Source of the DNA: a virus
Lineage: Duplodnaviria > Heunggongvirae > Uroviricota > Caudoviricetes
DNA: 64,000 bases
Virus record (IMG/VR): IMGVR_UViG_3300030339_000005
Strand: one strand, 5' to 3'
A model generated the notes under the pieces. It was not told the origin of the DNA. It made no database searches and saw only the letters and a list, made by a program, of their open reading frames with translations. The position numbers were made by a program, and so were the translations under genes. Below, piece after piece: positions 1-15,000 of the stretch (positions are counted from its first letter, which is position 1; each line of letters opens with the position of its first letter).

Positions 1-1048
1 TAACAGTTCCAGTATTTCCTACTGCATCTGTTGCTGTAATTACAGAAGTTCCGACTCCAACTAATGTTACTGCTCCAGTTGTAGCATTTACTGTAACAAC
101 TGTTGGAGTTGCTGATACGAAAGCAAGGGCTCCTACTGCATTAGTAGCAGTAATTGTTGTACCTGTATCACCATCACTAACATCTAAAGTAGATTTAGCA
201 GCAGTTAAAGCAACTTTAAAAGTTAAACTAGCATCAGTTAATTCTTGTTCAAATCCAGAAACTAAGTCAGATTTAACATAGAATACATGAGTTGTAATTG
301 CAGTTCCTCCAGATACGATTCCATCATCAATGTGTTTTTCAACTTGATAACGAAGTGTATATTGTGAATAGTTTCCGCCAATAATTGGTCTTTCTTCTTT
401 GTTAGTTCCAAAATATCTTGAATTTTCGTATGTAGGAAGCATGATTGATTTAATCATGTATTCGTCATCTCCGAATCCAACTTTACCAGCTGTAGCAATA
501 TGGAAAGTTCCACCTGTTACATCTTCATATTTAGGTTCAACTAATGAGTTATTTGTATAACCAGCTTCTTTAAGAACTTTTACAGAGAAAAATGCTTGAT
601 TAGAAGTAATAGCGGTTAAGATAATATCTGCTCCATTTGTAGAAGCTGTAATATAGGAGAATCCCCATCTGTCTTTCATACCATTGATTTGTGCTGCTAA
701 AGCAGTTGCATCAGTTGCAGGAGTTCCTGTAGCAAGAACTTCTACTACTACTGGTTTCTTGAAAAATTGAGAGAAGTTAGCGTATTCAGAATCAGTTTGG
801 TTTTGAACTAGTCTTACTTCAACTTCTAATCTAGCAACTAGGCCAGAAGTAATTGCTGGAACAGTTACATGAGCAATTTCTAAAACACCAGCTTGATAAG
901 CTCTTTTATAAACACTAACAATGTTAGCTTTTTTGAAGGTCCCTACACGAGTTACTGTTAGACCTGCGGCACTTCCTGTATATCTGTCGGTTGTACCATT
1001 TGAATCTTTGTTTGAATTTAGAATTGTTGTAGTCGTAAATTGATACAT
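1..1048 (-). CDS. virion structural protein, partial (C-terminal end runs past window start); Thr/Ala/Val-rich tail suggests Ig-like decoration or fiber domain
   Basis: ATG (reverse-complement of cat) at 1046-1048, frame open to position 1; absent from ORF track only because truncated. Confidence 0.45.
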   Translation of the reverse strand, partial: MYQFTTTTILNSNKDSNGTTDRYTGSAAGLTVTRVGTFKKANIVSVYKRAYQAGVLEIAHVTVPAITSGLVARLEVEVRLVQNQTDSEYANFSQFFKKPVVVEVLATGTPATDATALAAQINGMKDRWGFSYITASTNGADIILTAITSNQAFFSVKVLKEAGYTNNSLVEPKYEDVTGGTFHIATAGKVGFGDDEYMIKSIMLPTYENSRYFGTNKEERPIIGGNYSQYTLRYQVEKHIDDGIVSGGTAITTHVFYVKSDLVSGFEQELTDASLTFKVALTAAKSTLDVSDGDTGTTITATNAVGALAFVSATPTVVTVNATTGAVTLVGVGTSVITATDAVGNTGTV

Positions 1049-1081
1049 CTTGTATTAATTTTATGATTTAAAAATTTATAT

Positions 1082-2188
1082 CTATTTTTTGGGTTGTTGT
1101 TGTTCTGCTGGATTGGCAATAGTTGTATTAATTGGAATATGTGATTGTAATCTAGGATCACTAGCATTTTCCATTAATAATTTAATTAACTCATTGACAA
1201 TCTCCTGACAAACGTAATCTGGAAATTCTAATATTTGTGTATTATCTTCAACTTCATCTATCTGATCTTGCGAAAGTCTGATAAATTGTGGTGCTTTAAG
1301 ATAATCAATAAAGATCTTTTGTAATTGAAATACGGAATCGTCTTTACCATAACGAACTTCCATTCTTACTTTTGACTTATTTCCATATCTTGTAGAGGCT
1401 TCTTTTTCAATAAAACTATGAGAACTTGTAGTTTTTAGTAATCCTGCAGTTACAGTTACATCATAAACTCCTGTAATATAAATACATGTTGGAGTTACAG
1501 CATTATCCAAATAAACTTCTTCTGAAGTTAGTCCAATTTCTCGTTTAATAGCTACAACTAATGTTGCAAGCGTTGTTCAATCACCTGGATTAGCTACAGT
1601 AATTCCATCAGCTTCAACTGTTCTTCTAACTGTTAAAGTAGTAGAATTAGTTGGAGTATTAAATGTAATTTTATAAGTTGGATTAATTACTGCTTGATTT
1701 GTAGTAGTGGGAAAGGTACTACTTGTATTAACATTATTAATATAATAATAAGGTCTTTTATAACAAGGTCTTAAGTAATAGTTGTTAATAATTTGAGAGA
1801 ACATGTCGGCTGTAAGTCTTACAGCTCCTTGATGCCATGTTGAATTCGCATCATAACATTTAAAAGTCTTTAAAAGTCTATATTCTACAACACAATTTAG
1901 AACATGCAAATAGTCGTCTGGTAATTCAACTTCATACACTTTATCAAACAATGATGTAGTTCCATAGTCTGTGTTTCCAATAGCGCTAGGAGTAAGAACA
2001 GCTGAGCTCTTTAAAACACGTAGATCATCTGTCTTTTGTTGGTTGATATCATATACGTTGTATACGCGATTAATATATTGATTAACTGCCTTATTAATAA
2101 AATAATTATAATCTTCAAGTATTAGACTTGGAGCCTCTCTTTTATTTAGTTCAATAAGTGCATATTCAAACATTTGTTTTGCAGTCAT
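1082..2188 (-). CDS. hypothetical structural protein, about 368 aa, read through one in-frame TGA at 1577-1579; ends TAG
   Basis: ORFs 1082-1510 and 1577-2188 share a frame, 22 open codons apart, separated only by TGA. Confidence 0.6.
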
Positions 2189-2196
2189 TTATATTG

Positions 2197-3093
2197 CTAT
2201 TTTTTAGGTTGTACTTTTTTTGGATTTTCAGTAACCACTGAGTCCTCAAAGTACGGAATATCTTTTGTAATTTCACTTTCCATTTCTGCAATAACTTGTT
2301 TAGGTTGCAATTCTGGATAAGTTTCACGTTTTATGGAATCTAATAGAGCCTTATATCTAAGATCTCTTAAGAATGTAATAGTAGCTTCCATAGAACCACC
2401 AAGCATTTTATCGTCATATTTATAAATTCCATCAACTCTTCTAACAACATGTCTATCGACAGCATCCATTAGGAATAATTGCATCTTCCAATCTTCTCCT
2501 TCATAAAGATCCATGATCTTTTTAGGATTTTTTTCTGCAATTTCAATCAAGAAATCAAGAACATCAGCAGGAATAGCATTTGATAAATTACGACCTAATA
2601 CTCTACATTTTTTAATTCTTTCGGCTTCAGGATCTTCGTAAATGTATTGCATTGCTTTGAATACAACTTGTTTTTTATTCATTTTAAATTGTGTAATTTC
2701 ACCAGGTCTTTCAACATATAAGTCAGCGACTCCATACTTTCTAGCCCCACCATCAACAATTAAGTTACCTTCTGCATCCCTTTGAAATCTATCTTTAGCT
2801 ATTCAATTACAATATTCAATTGCTTCTCAATTAGCTTTATCAACAACATCGTCTAAATTATAACGTGTTCCATCAATAATTTCAAAAACATGATTTGCAG
2901 CAACAAAATGAATTTCACCTCTGCTCATTTGTCTAACATCTTCTTCGGATAAAATCATATCTCCGTTTGAATCAACCGTTCTTACACAGTCTGGAAGTCT
3001 TCCAGTTCTAGGGTTTGGACAAGGTTGTATAAAGTAGGTTTGATTAACTTTTCCGTAAGCACTTCTAAGAATTATTTCATTATTCATAATCAT
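2197..3093 (-). CDS. hypothetical structural protein, about 298 aa, two in-frame TGA (2803-2805, 2827-2829); ends TAG
   Basis: ORFs 2197-2682 and 2827-3093 same frame; hand translation of the gap shows only TGA interruptions; context ...EYCN[TGA]IAKDRF... Confidence 0.6.
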
Positions 3094-3175
3094 ATATTTT
3101 GTATTTTCTAATTTCTATCTTTGTGTAAGAATCTAAATAAGGGAGAGGGCGAACCCTCCCCCTATTTGATTATTA

Positions 3176-4606
3176 TTAAACTTCTTCAATAATAAATGAT
3201 TTGTAAGGTGCAAATGCAGCAATACCAGAATAACCAGCTACGATCAATTTAGATCCTGCTACTGGGCTAGATACGATACCACTTGTGATACCATCTACTC
3301 CACCAACACCTGGGTATTTAGAAGTAACGAATTCAGCTCCTTGAAGAGTGAATGCAGCAATTGCTGGTTGATTTGTAGAAATATCCGGAGACATGTCTAA
3401 GCAAATACCATAACCTTTTCTATCGTATTCTTTTGTAAGAGCACGATCCACCATGAAAGTAACCATATTACCGGCAATTTCATAAGATGTAAATGTTCCA
3501 CCAACTTTAATAGGATTATCAGCTTTAACCATTGATTGCGTAGCTTTTGAATACATAACCGTTGGAGTTGATCCCCATAATTTTAACCAGTCACCCAGTG
3601 TTGAGTTAATTTGACCCCATAATCTATCATTTACGATAAATGTATAGCTATTACCTGTAGCATTTGCAGCTTTTTGGTTCATTTGATCAATAACTGTGTT
3701 GATTACATTTACGTTAAGTTTAGCGTATTTGTATTTAGAAGCAAATCTTTCGATTTGAGGAATAAGACCATCACCAGCAATCAAAGGACGTCCATCTTCA
3801 GTTAGAACTGTTGATTTACCATTAATATCCATGGTTGATTTACCTCATAATAGGTGATTGTTTTTAACTGTATTAAAGTTTTCTAACAAATCTTTTTCCA
3901 TTTTATTTAATTTGAAAATCTTTTCTTTAAGTTCGCCTGCGCCATCGCCTTCAGCAATTTTAATGAATTGATCTTCCATCTGAGCGTAACGAGCAGAATA
4001 AGAAATGTCATTTCTATGTTCTGTAATCCACTGACGATGTTTTTCAATGTTAGATTGATATTTTGTATATCCTTCTTCATGGTATTCAGGCATGATATTT
4101 GACAAGAATCTTGTCGTCATTCCTAATTGACATGCTGTTGAGTCTAATACTGAAGAGAAATCACTGTCAATTAATTGAGCAGTATATTCCCAGAAGTTAT
4201 CTGCTTTTCTGGTTGGGGTTGCTTTTACAATGCATTGCTGACGTGAGCCATCAATTTTGAAAGTATCATATTTTTCATAATATCTTTCTTTAAAATACAT
4301 TGTGATATCTGCTCCTCCTGCGCCATTACCCGTAGGTGCGGCTGCAAATTCGATTCTTTTAACGAATTCAACATCAATTTCCCATTCGATCATGAGAGAA
4401 TTAATTGGTTGAAATTTGTTAGCAGTTTTCGAGTTATAATAAATGTTCATTAAGGCTTCTGTTAAGAAGGTCGCTGTATTATGTGTATACATGCGAGCCA
4501 TAACTCCCATTAATTTAGGTCTTGTGCCTAAAAGTTTGTAGAAATCTTCATAAGTTCTACTATGAGCCAATTCAGGCTTTACGTTAACGTAACTTGCTAC
4601 TACCAT
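3176..4606 (-). CDS. putative major capsid protein, about 476 aa, one in-frame TGA at 3845-3847
   Basis: ORFs 3176-3832 and 3845-4606 same frame 12 nt apart; size and position after scaffold-like gene; no homology search done. Confidence 0.45.
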
Positions 4607-4617
4607 TGTAATCTAGT

Positions 4618-5595
4618 TTAAATTAAGTCGTGAATACTATTTATTTTTCGTTCGTTGTTTTTGTGAACAACAGTTGGTTTATTATCTGGTTTTTTTAGTT
4701 TAGCAATCTCGGTTTCATATGCATTTTTTAGAGCATCAAAAGATTCTTTGCCATAACGCAAGAACCACGCAGCTTCATATAACTTTTTAGGATCATTTAG
4801 AGTCTTATAAAAGGTACTCGTACCATTGTCATCTAAATCCAATAAAAATGAAAGAACCTCATTCTTTTCATCATCTTCTAACTCAATCCCATAGAATTCT
4901 GGAGTTTCTAAGGCAACATTCACCATTGTTTCAGAGAAGCGATTATACTGCTCTTCTTGTTGCTGTGCAAATTCTTGTTTTTGAGTTTCTTTGTATTGAT
5001 CTTCTAATTGTTTATATTCTGCTCTAAGAATATCAACCTTTTTCTTAAAAAGATTTTCATCTTGTAATTCTTTGTCTAGCTCTTTAACTAGTTCCTCATC
5101 AGTTAGATCATATTTATTTTTTAGATCTAAAAGAAACAGTTCTTGATCGTCATAAGCATCAATATCGTAGTTTTGATCACTAGTATTGCCTAAAGAATCA
5201 ATAATAGATTGTTTATAGTTTTCTAAAAAGTCTTCAACAGTTCAATTATTTTCGCGCAAACGATTTATTAAATCAATTTCTGAATCATCAAGATTATTAT
5301 CTTCAGGTTCAGCAATAGGATTCAATATCTCCAGCTGCTCTTCTTTACTTAAATCATTAAAGTTAACTTTTTGTTCTACTCCCTTTTCATCTATTATAGT
5401 AATCTCAGAATTAGTAATTCCTTTTGCTTTAAGAAGCTCAGTTAAGATAGAATTATCTTCTTTAATCAGTTCTGTGGGTTCTCCGAAAAGATCCTCCTCA
5501 ACTGACACTGGTTCTATTATGTCGGTACCACTATCTGGTAAATCCTCTAAGTTTAATTCGTCATCAAAAATGTCGTCTAATTCATTCATAATCAT
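4618..5595 (-). CDS. scaffold-like acidic coiled-coil protein, about 325 aa, one in-frame TGA at 5242-5244
   Basis: ORFs 4618-4926 and 5242-5595 same frame; the 315-nt gap translated by hand is open and E/K/Q/L-rich. Confidence 0.5.
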
Positions 5596-5851
5596 TTATC
5601 ATTTACAATTGTTTGGTATTTAATATCTATTTTAATCTTATATCTATATTTTAATTTTAGTAATACTCTACTATTTTGTACAAAATTACAACTAATATTC
5701 TGATTAATTTTCATAAATGAGAAATATTTTTAAATTTTATACCTAGAATACTTTTAGATAAGATTTCTTAAAAAATATATTCATACTAAATCAATAGTTA
5801 CGAGTAGCCAATAATTAGCTACTCATAACTAAGATTTGTAAATTTAATAAT

Positions 5852-6061
5852 TTATTCTTTTTTATTTATTAAACTTGGATCATCTATTTCAGTAAAATAC
5901 TCAGGTTTTTCAAGAAATGGTTCATCTAATAATCTTCCACCTATATAATAAGTATATCCTAAATGAATTACACTTCCACACAGTTGATTGTCAAATATTC
6001 TTTTAAATACTTTACCTTCATCTGCAATAATCTTTAATGTTGTTATTGTTTCTATTGTCAT
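5852..6061 (-). CDS. hypothetical protein, 69 aa
   Basis: ORF track; compact spacing downstream of giant gene. Confidence 0.4.
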   Translation of the reverse strand: MTIETITTLKIIADEGKVFKRIFDNQLCGSVIHLGYTYYIGGRLLDEPFLEKPEYFTEIDDPSLINKKE

Positions 6062-6072
6062 ATTATTAATTA

Positions 6073-9000
6073 TTAAGGAATAGCTGAAATAATTGTTGAT
6101 TTAGCACTTCAGTTTGTTGCTACTTTATAAGCATTTACACTTGCAGTTGGTACATAAATATGAATTAAATTATTAGTGTAAAGAAAATTACCTGCGTCTA
6201 ATGTAGGCGGAATAACAGTTTTAATAGTAACTGTATTTAACATTGACTGATTAAAAAATATAGATTGTAAAATAGTTTTAACTAGTCTTCCAAAAGTAAC
6301 TGTTTGTAAATTAGAATTACTTCCTACAAAACCATCTTGAAATGTTGCACATATATTAGGTAATATAAAAGTTTGTAACCTATTTAAACTATCAAATGAA
6401 TATTTAGGCATTACATTATCTTTCGTTATTCAATATTTATTTCCACTAACATTATAATAATTTCCATATGAAGTTATTCTAACTCCTGAAATATCAATAT
6501 TTTGAAGATTTCCTCCAGTAGTAGAAGATGCCATTATTTTAAGACAACTAATATCATCACCGTCAATTGTTCCAAATAAATTTATAGACGTTAAACTTAA
6601 ATAATTACTTCCTAAAACAGATCGTAATGTTCCAAATTTTGTAACAACCGTCATTGCTAATCCGAGAATTAAAGAAGAATAAGTACTTCAATTAGTTTGA
6701 TAGTTTGAAACACTTGTAGTTCTAACATTAATAGTAGTTAAAGCAGGACAATTATTAAAAATTGTTGTTCCAATTGCAGGAGCACTACTCGGAAGAGATT
6801 TAACTTTTAACAATCCTGTACAACCATTAAAAACATTGTTTCCTAAAGTCGTAGTATTATTTGGAATAATTACTTCAGTTAAACTAGTACAGCCTGCAAA
6901 AGCAGAATCTCCAACTGTTGTGCAATTATCAGATATGAATATATCAGTTAATCCCGTACAACCATTGAAAGCGTTTGCTCCAATTGAAGTTACTCAATTT
7001 GGTATTATTAAATACCTTAATCCAGTGCATCCATTAAAAGCATTTGCTGGAATTGTTGTAATTCCTTTAAAAAACTCAAACTCAGGAAATGTAGTTATTG
7101 TAGTTTGTCCTTGAAATACAGTTCCAATTGTTGTAGCAGTGTTTAAATCGTCTGGTTGAATTACTCCATCAACATTTGTATCAAAATTATTTAAACATAA
7201 AGTTCCAGTTGCACTATCCTCAAAAGACATTGTTGTTACCATTCAAGATGATTGCGTACTTCAATTTGATGCAGATTGGTAAGCTGCTAAATTTGCAAGC
7301 GGAACATATATTTTAATTGGACTCATTGCATTAAATACACCAGTTCCTAATGTTGGTGGTGTTGCACTTTTACAAATTATATATTCTAGGTTAGAACTTG
7401 ATTGAAAAGCATAACTACTAATTGAAGTTACACTACTTGGAATCACCACTCTTCTAAGATTAATACAAGATGAAAATGCATTATCACTAATATTTGTTAT
7501 AGAATTTGGAATTATAATCGAACTAAGTTTAGTACAACCTTGAAAAAATGCCTGAGATAACATAGGAACATTGTTTGGTAAAACAACATTTATTAATTTT
7601 TCACAACTTTGACAAACACCTCTATTTAAATTAGTTATATTATTATTAAAAAGAATAGTTTCTAATTTTGTATAAGAAAACATTACTGAACCAAGAGTAT
7701 TATTAATATCAATAGAATATCCGTTATAATATGATCTTCCGCCAGCTTTAACATTAGCAGCAGATATATCAAGATAATATAATTTGTATAATTTTGATAA
7801 TTCTCTTATTACATAAACATCATCTCCATTAAAATCTCCTGTAAGTTTTAAGAAAGTTAAATTATAAAAATCATTAATTTTACTTTCTAAAGTTCCTGCA
7901 GAAGCTACAGTTATTGTTCCAATTGGAAAAATAATACTTGCATAACTTGACCATGTTGTTTTATATAAATCTATACTTTCGTAAGGTACATATATGGCCG
8001 TTAAATTAGTCCCACTAAATACATTAGAACCTAAAGTAGGTGGAGTAGAAGATCAAAAAGATATATTAGTTAATGCTATACAATTAAGAAATGCATTATC
8101 TCCAACATTTGTTATACCACTTGGTAAAACAATTGAATTTAATAAAGAACATCCAGAGAATGTATTATTATTAATTATTGTTAATCCAGAAGGTAATTTG
8201 ATATTTGTTAATCCACAATTTTCAAAAGCATTTGTTCCAATAGTTAAAATATTATTAGGTAATATAATACTTCCAATTAGATTAGTACAGCCACTAAATT
8301 CAGAATTATTTAATAAAGTTAATCCAATAAAGTGATTAATTTCACTAAATGAAGTAATTCCAGTATTTCCTTGAAAATGATTAGCCAAAGTTGTAATTGC
8401 AGCAACTTCATTTCCATCAACTATTCCATTAACATTTGTATCTCAATAAGTATTAAATACAGTATTTACAGCAGATGATTGAAAATAAGCAGTTCCAATT
8501 GTTATTGGGATTGATTTATATTTTACTCCATTATAATAAGCATTTAATATTTCAACTCCACTCATCGAATTAAAACTTGTGGTACCATTACCATTAATAG
8601 TAATTTTACTATTTGTTGCAGTTCAAGTAGTTCCTGTTGATACGCCAACTGTTACAACACTTTTTACATCAGTATAATCTTCAGAAGATTGTATTATTAC
8701 AGGTTCAGAACTACCAATTATGGCATCATAAGTTTCTAATCCTTTTGGAATTGGATATCTTCCAGAATTAAATACTCAGTTTGTATCAGTAAAACCAACT
8801 CCAGAACTTCCAGTTCTCAGGGCTGTACCTATTAATTGCAGAGTTGTTTTTTCTTCAATTTGATTAGTAATATCTAATTGTCTTCCTGGATTTTTAGCTA
8901 CTTGTTTATCATAATAATTTGACAATAGTGTGCTAGATACTATTGTTTCATTAAATAATCCGATGATACTACTACTGTAAGTATAATATAAATCTCCATA

Positions 9001-12000
9001 AACTTTTCCTAAATTTAAATTGTAACGAATAGTTCCATTAACAGAATCCCCACTTATAACTTTTCCCACAATTCCACCTATATATTCAGCAGTTGAATAA
9101 ATTAGCCCATAATTAGTATTGTATTCAACAGTGCCAAATCTTATACTTCCTAAAATTCCACCACTTCCTTTACCTGAAACATTTCCCAGATTTGAGCAAT
9201 ATCTAACTCCACAACCATCACCAACAATTCCCCCTGCTATACCTGTAGTTGCATTTATATTTCCAAGATTTATACAATATTCAACTCTTATAGAATTATT
9301 TTGAGAACCTCCTGAACTAGTTCCTAAAATTCCACCTGATCCATATTGTGAAGTAATATTAACTTCATTTATACAATTACTTACTATTATATTTAGTTCT
9401 CCAGCAGATCCTACTATTCCAGCAACATTAGAATAACCACTTATTGTTCCAGAAGAATAACAATTATTAATTAGTGAATTTATTTTAACACATCCACATA
9501 TAGCCGACATATAAGGTTGAGTAGTGGTAGATAAATTAACATTTGTTACTTTTAGATTTTGTATAACTGTATCAGATACAAAACCAAATAAAGCATTTCC
9601 ATTAACGCTAGGATTCTTAATATAAAGATTACTTATCGTGTGATTATTTCCATTAAATTGTCCTAAAAAACAATAAGAATAATCATTTCCAATGGGTAAC
9701 CAATTTCCAATTCCTACACCACAAACAGTATTTAAATTTATGTCAGTAGTTAAATTAAAAATAACAGAGGCCGCCATTGCAGGTAAATTAAATCCCTTAT
9801 AATTAAACCCTATATGAGAATTTACTCCATCTCTAAGAGATACTAAATCTGATACAGAATCAACAGTTGTAGTTAATAGTATAGATAACTGAGTTGATTT
9901 ATAAATAATTCCATTTTTTGCTGTGGTTATAATTTCAGTTCCTGCACCAGTTATATTAACTGTGCCTAATGTATTGTTAATTTCGAGTGTATTATTAGTG
10001 TCATTTCATTCCACATTATCACCAACTCCTACAGTAAAAGCATTTACATTAGTGTAGTTAATCGAAGAATCTAAAAGTATAGTTTTAGATCCTGCGATGG
10101 CATCATCATAAGTTTCTAATCCTTTTGGAATAGGATAAGCTCCAGTAGTAAATATTCAATTATCGTCAGTTCATCCAGCTCCAGTAGATCCACTTCTTAA
10201 TGAAGTCCCAATTAACTCAGAGGTTAATTTACCTAAGCAGTTTACAGTATCAACATTAGCTAATCCTTTTAATAAAGTAAATTGTTTATCATAATAATTT
10301 AATATTGCATCACTTACTGTTTCTGCAATACTACCTCCAGATGTAGTACTATAACCAGATGTATTAACAAAATTAGTATTTAAACAAAATTTAATACGAC
10401 CAGAATACCCAGCCCCATTAATATATCCTGCAATACCACCATATCTTCAATTACTAGCAGCAGTTATAATACGTCCATTATTTATACTATATTCAATATA
10501 TTCTAAATACGTAGCCATACCAATAATTCCTCCTATACTATATGCACTACTATTAGTTGTTGTTATTGCTCCATTATTAATACATTTAGATATTTTTAAT
10601 CATTGACTTATAGTATTTCCACTAATTCCTCCCATATAAGGACTACTATTATTACTTGACAAAGAAGCATTATTAATACATTTCGAAATATTTAAAGTAG
10701 TTCCTCCTAGACTACCTATTAATCCTCCTATATATTGAGCTGCTGAAATGGTTCCACTTACTCTGCAATTTGTTATTAATGCTCCTGCAATTGCGTCCAT
10801 TTGTCCAATTAATCCTCCAACATAATATTGAGCATTAATCATAACATTTGTTAATGTAATATCTTGTATAATACTACTACCTGATACATATCCAAATAAA
10901 CCTATATAATTACCGCCTGTATTATTAAAATATAAATTACTAATAGTATATCCATTTCCATAAAATTTTCCTTTAAAATTATTCGTAGCATTACCAATGG
11001 GAATTCAATTTCCAATTCCAGAGCCACAAATCGTACTTAGATTTAGGTTATTCATTAAATAAAATGGAGTATTTAAAGCATAAGCTGGAACAGTTGCACC
11101 ATTATAATTAAACGATACTCCAGAATTTACTCCATCTCTAAATGCAATTAAGTCTGCAGTTGTATAAATTTCAAATTTTAATTCTAAACCTATATTATAA
11201 GTAGTATCAATAAGAGAAGATGCATAATTAAATGTTTTAGTTACAGCAGCATTTCCTCCAACATTTCCATTAAGAGCTGCATTTGAGCGTAATGTAACTA
11301 CTCCTGAGCCATTAGCATATACTTTTTCACTTCCATTTAATTGTATTCATGAATTAGTAGGAACTCCTCCTAAATCATATGTAATATTAAAAGTTCGAAG
11401 TGCTAAAGTTGTTACAGTTGTATTAATAGTTCTATTAATTGTAGAAGTAAAACTTCCACTATAGGATTCATGAATATCTGCACCATATGTAAATGTTACA
11501 TTAGCACTTACTTCAGTATAAATTTTATAAATAGAATCAGAAATTTTTACAAAAGTTTGATTAGAACTAAAATTAGAATTTGTTAATGTTAAACCTCTAG
11601 ATGAAGTAAAAGTTAATGTTGTTTCAACTAATCCTCCTCAATCTGTGGGAATTGTATAATAATCAGTTAATCCTGAGCAGTGATAAAAACAACCAGTATG
11701 ATTTGTGATTGCTGTTCCTCTTTCTCATAGTTGAGTAGTTCCATTATGAGGTGATGCAGAAGTAATAGTAGAACAACTACTAAAACAATCAGTGACATCA
11801 GTCATAGTTAAACTAGCAATAAAGTAATTTTCAATATTAGATAATAATCCGCAATTTTTAAATGTACTATTAGCTGTTGTAAGAGTTGAGATATCATCAA
11901 AAGAAGTACAATATCTTAAACTACTATTTTTAAATGCTGAATTAGCATTAATTAAACCGCTGTTTCCAAAGAAATGTGTTCCAATAGTATCTATTTTAGT

Positions 12001-15000
12001 GCTATTTTCAAATAATGAGGCAATTGAAGTTACTCTAGTAGATTGATACATAAAGTAATTACCAATTGTAGTAATATTAGTTCCTGTAAATATTCCACTA
12101 ATTGTAGTAAGTCCTGTATTTCCTCTTAAAAAATTATCACTAACATTTATAATAGCATTGTTAGAGAAAACTCCAGCTAAACTATTAATTAAATGAGACG
12201 CATATACAAAGTTTATAGGTGTAGTGACAAAAGCAGTTCCATTAAATACATCAGTTATTGTTACCAATAAAGGACAATTAGATAGTAAATTACTTTCAAC
12301 TGAAGTTAAATTATTAGCTCCCATAAATAATCCAGAAACTGTTGTAAGTTTAGGACAACTTTGTAAGAAATTATTTCCGACTGAAGTTAGTCCAGTATTA
12401 TTTTGAAAAGCATTAATAGCTGATAATAACTCAGATGAATTTTGCATTACATTATTTCCAACATCGAATGATCTTGTAATTCCAGCAAATGCTGAATTTA
12501 AAGAAGTAATTTTATTATTAATTAAGAAATTATCTCCAATAGTGCTTATAATACTATTTGCAAGCATATTTGTTGCACTATTAATAGATGGATTTGTACT
12601 TAAAAAATTATTAGGAATATTAGCAATTTGAGTATTACTAAATAAATTATTAATATTTTCTAATATATTGTTTATAGATCCACCAACTGAATCACTTAAT
12701 AATATGTCTGAGTTAATTATAGATAAATTAGTTAATCCTAAATCAGAAAATTTAAAACTGCTTAATTGTGTAGATCTTAGAAATCCTGATGGTAAAGTAT
12801 TAATATTTAATCCATTAAAAACTCCAAAAATTGTATTTAATGATCCGAGTTCAGAGATAATACCTGATGGAATAGACGTAATATTTGTTCCACCAAAAGC
12901 ATAACTTAAATCTTCTAAATTAGAAGCTGTTTCAAATATAGAACTAGGAATAGTAGATAAACTAGAATTATTAAATAAATTACTAGCATTTAGTAATTCT
13001 GGACAAGTTTGAAATAAATTAGATTGTGTTGAAGCAATTCTACTATTTTCAAACATACTTGAAGCATCTCTTAAATCTGGATTATTTACAAATAAAGATC
13101 CTGTAACATTTAAACCTAAATAAGTTCCATCAAATTCACTATTTGTATTTACAATGTTTGCAAAACAATTAATAGCAGTAGTGATTGGCGATGTTAAAAA
13201 TAAATTAGCAGGAATATTAATTAATTCAGCCCCATTAAATGCATCATCAATTGTTCTTAATTTAGGACATTCTGAAAATACATTTCCAAATGTAGATTTA
13301 AATACATTATGTGAAGTAATTCCTGTAATAACATCTCCTGTATAAACTGGAGTATATGTTTGAAGTCTTGCTCCCATAAATATTTCAGAAATATCTTCTA
13401 AATTATCAAATTTAACTAAAGCTCCACTCGGAATATTTGTTAAATAGGTACAATTTTTAAATAATCCCTTCATTTCAACTAAAGCAGTACAACCTTTTAA
13501 GAATGACGTGCTAATTGAAGAAATTTTAGAGCCCTCAAACAAGTAATTTAAGCTTGTTAATCCAATACAATTTTCTAAAAAATTATCATTAATTACTACA
13601 GCATTTTCTCTATTTCTAAATAGATTTTCAACAGTAGTTAAATTAGGACAATTTGATATATTTAACGAATTTAAACTTGTAAAGGATGTTTCATCAAAAG
13701 TTAAATTAGTTAAACCTGTATTATTTATAATTGTTAATGTTTGTAAAGCAGTATATACATTAGCTAAGTTAAATCCTAATGCTGTTTCAGTTATAGAAGT
13801 GTTAGATATATTTAATGATGTAATTATATTTTTAGTAAATAATAATGAGGTTAAAGAGTTTAGTCCATCTACATTAATAGCTTGTTGAAAATTACAATTA
13901 GTTACATTAATAATCTCTAATCTTGGATTAGTTGAGAAACTTGTTACTTGTACAGCAGAACTTGCAGCGTAAAATTCTTTAAGTCTTAAGCAAGTATTTA
14001 AACCTACTAAGAAAGGAGTTTGACGTCCTAATCCACAACCTGTTAAATTAAGAATTTCAAGATTAGTTGTTCCAGTTAAATTTAAATAAGAGTTTTGATC
14101 TGTAAAATTAGATATACCACTTAAGTTTAAAACTTTTAAATTAGGGCAACTACTAAACTTACCAGTTTTTAAAGCTATATCATTTAGTCCTTCTATTTCA
14201 GTAATTACTCCACTATTATAAATTCTTAAAATATGTTGAGTAGTATTTGAGTAGCTATAAGAAAATTCAACTACTGCATCACCACCAGCACAATGTTTAG
14301 ACATTACTTGGTTTTGAGCAAATGAAACTCGTATAAATGAGGCTATAGCAGTTTTAATTCTTAAAGTAACAGTTCCATTATAGAAATGTTCAACATAAGC
14401 CATATCATCAGCATCAGGAACATATCCCATAATACCATCAACATAGTCTAGTCTTTTCTTTAAGAAGTTCTTCATAAACATTAATTTATTACCTCTAGCA
14501 TTAGAGATATAATTGCGTTTATTGTTTATATCAGGATCTCCATCAAAACCAATATATTTATATACTGCATCTTTATTAAAATATCTTTCTCCAATACGAG
14601 CAACCATTTGTTTACTATATGTTTGAAGAATACTTGAATAATCAAAAGGTGCAGAAATTCATGAACTTGGTTCTCTTGTTCCTTTTAATGGGTCATATGT
14701 ACCAGAACGTAATTCTTGATAACGTCTTGATAATGCAGGTCCATAACATTTTGACATCCTTTTGAAGAAGTTAGTACCAAAACAGTTATATTCCCAACCT
14801 GAAGTTGGTGTTGCTGTAAAATAGTTTTGATTAGGATCTTCTCTATTAGCTCCAGCAATTGTATAAGGTCATTCAATATAAGGAGTTGCATATAGTCCCC
14901 CTTGTACGTTAGTACCAAAGGCAGTATCTATATCATAGAATACAGGATGAAATTTAATTCTTTCTCTATTCATTACTCCAGGAGTTTCTGTTTCAACAGA

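Noticed and set aside
6836-13345. Plus-strand ORFs 6836-7114, 7994-8335, 9119-9304, 12224-12406, 12668-12904, 13154-13345 inside the giant gene
   Set aside because: Antisense to a continuous recoded reading frame; low-complexity products; typical shadow ORFs in AT-rich repeats.
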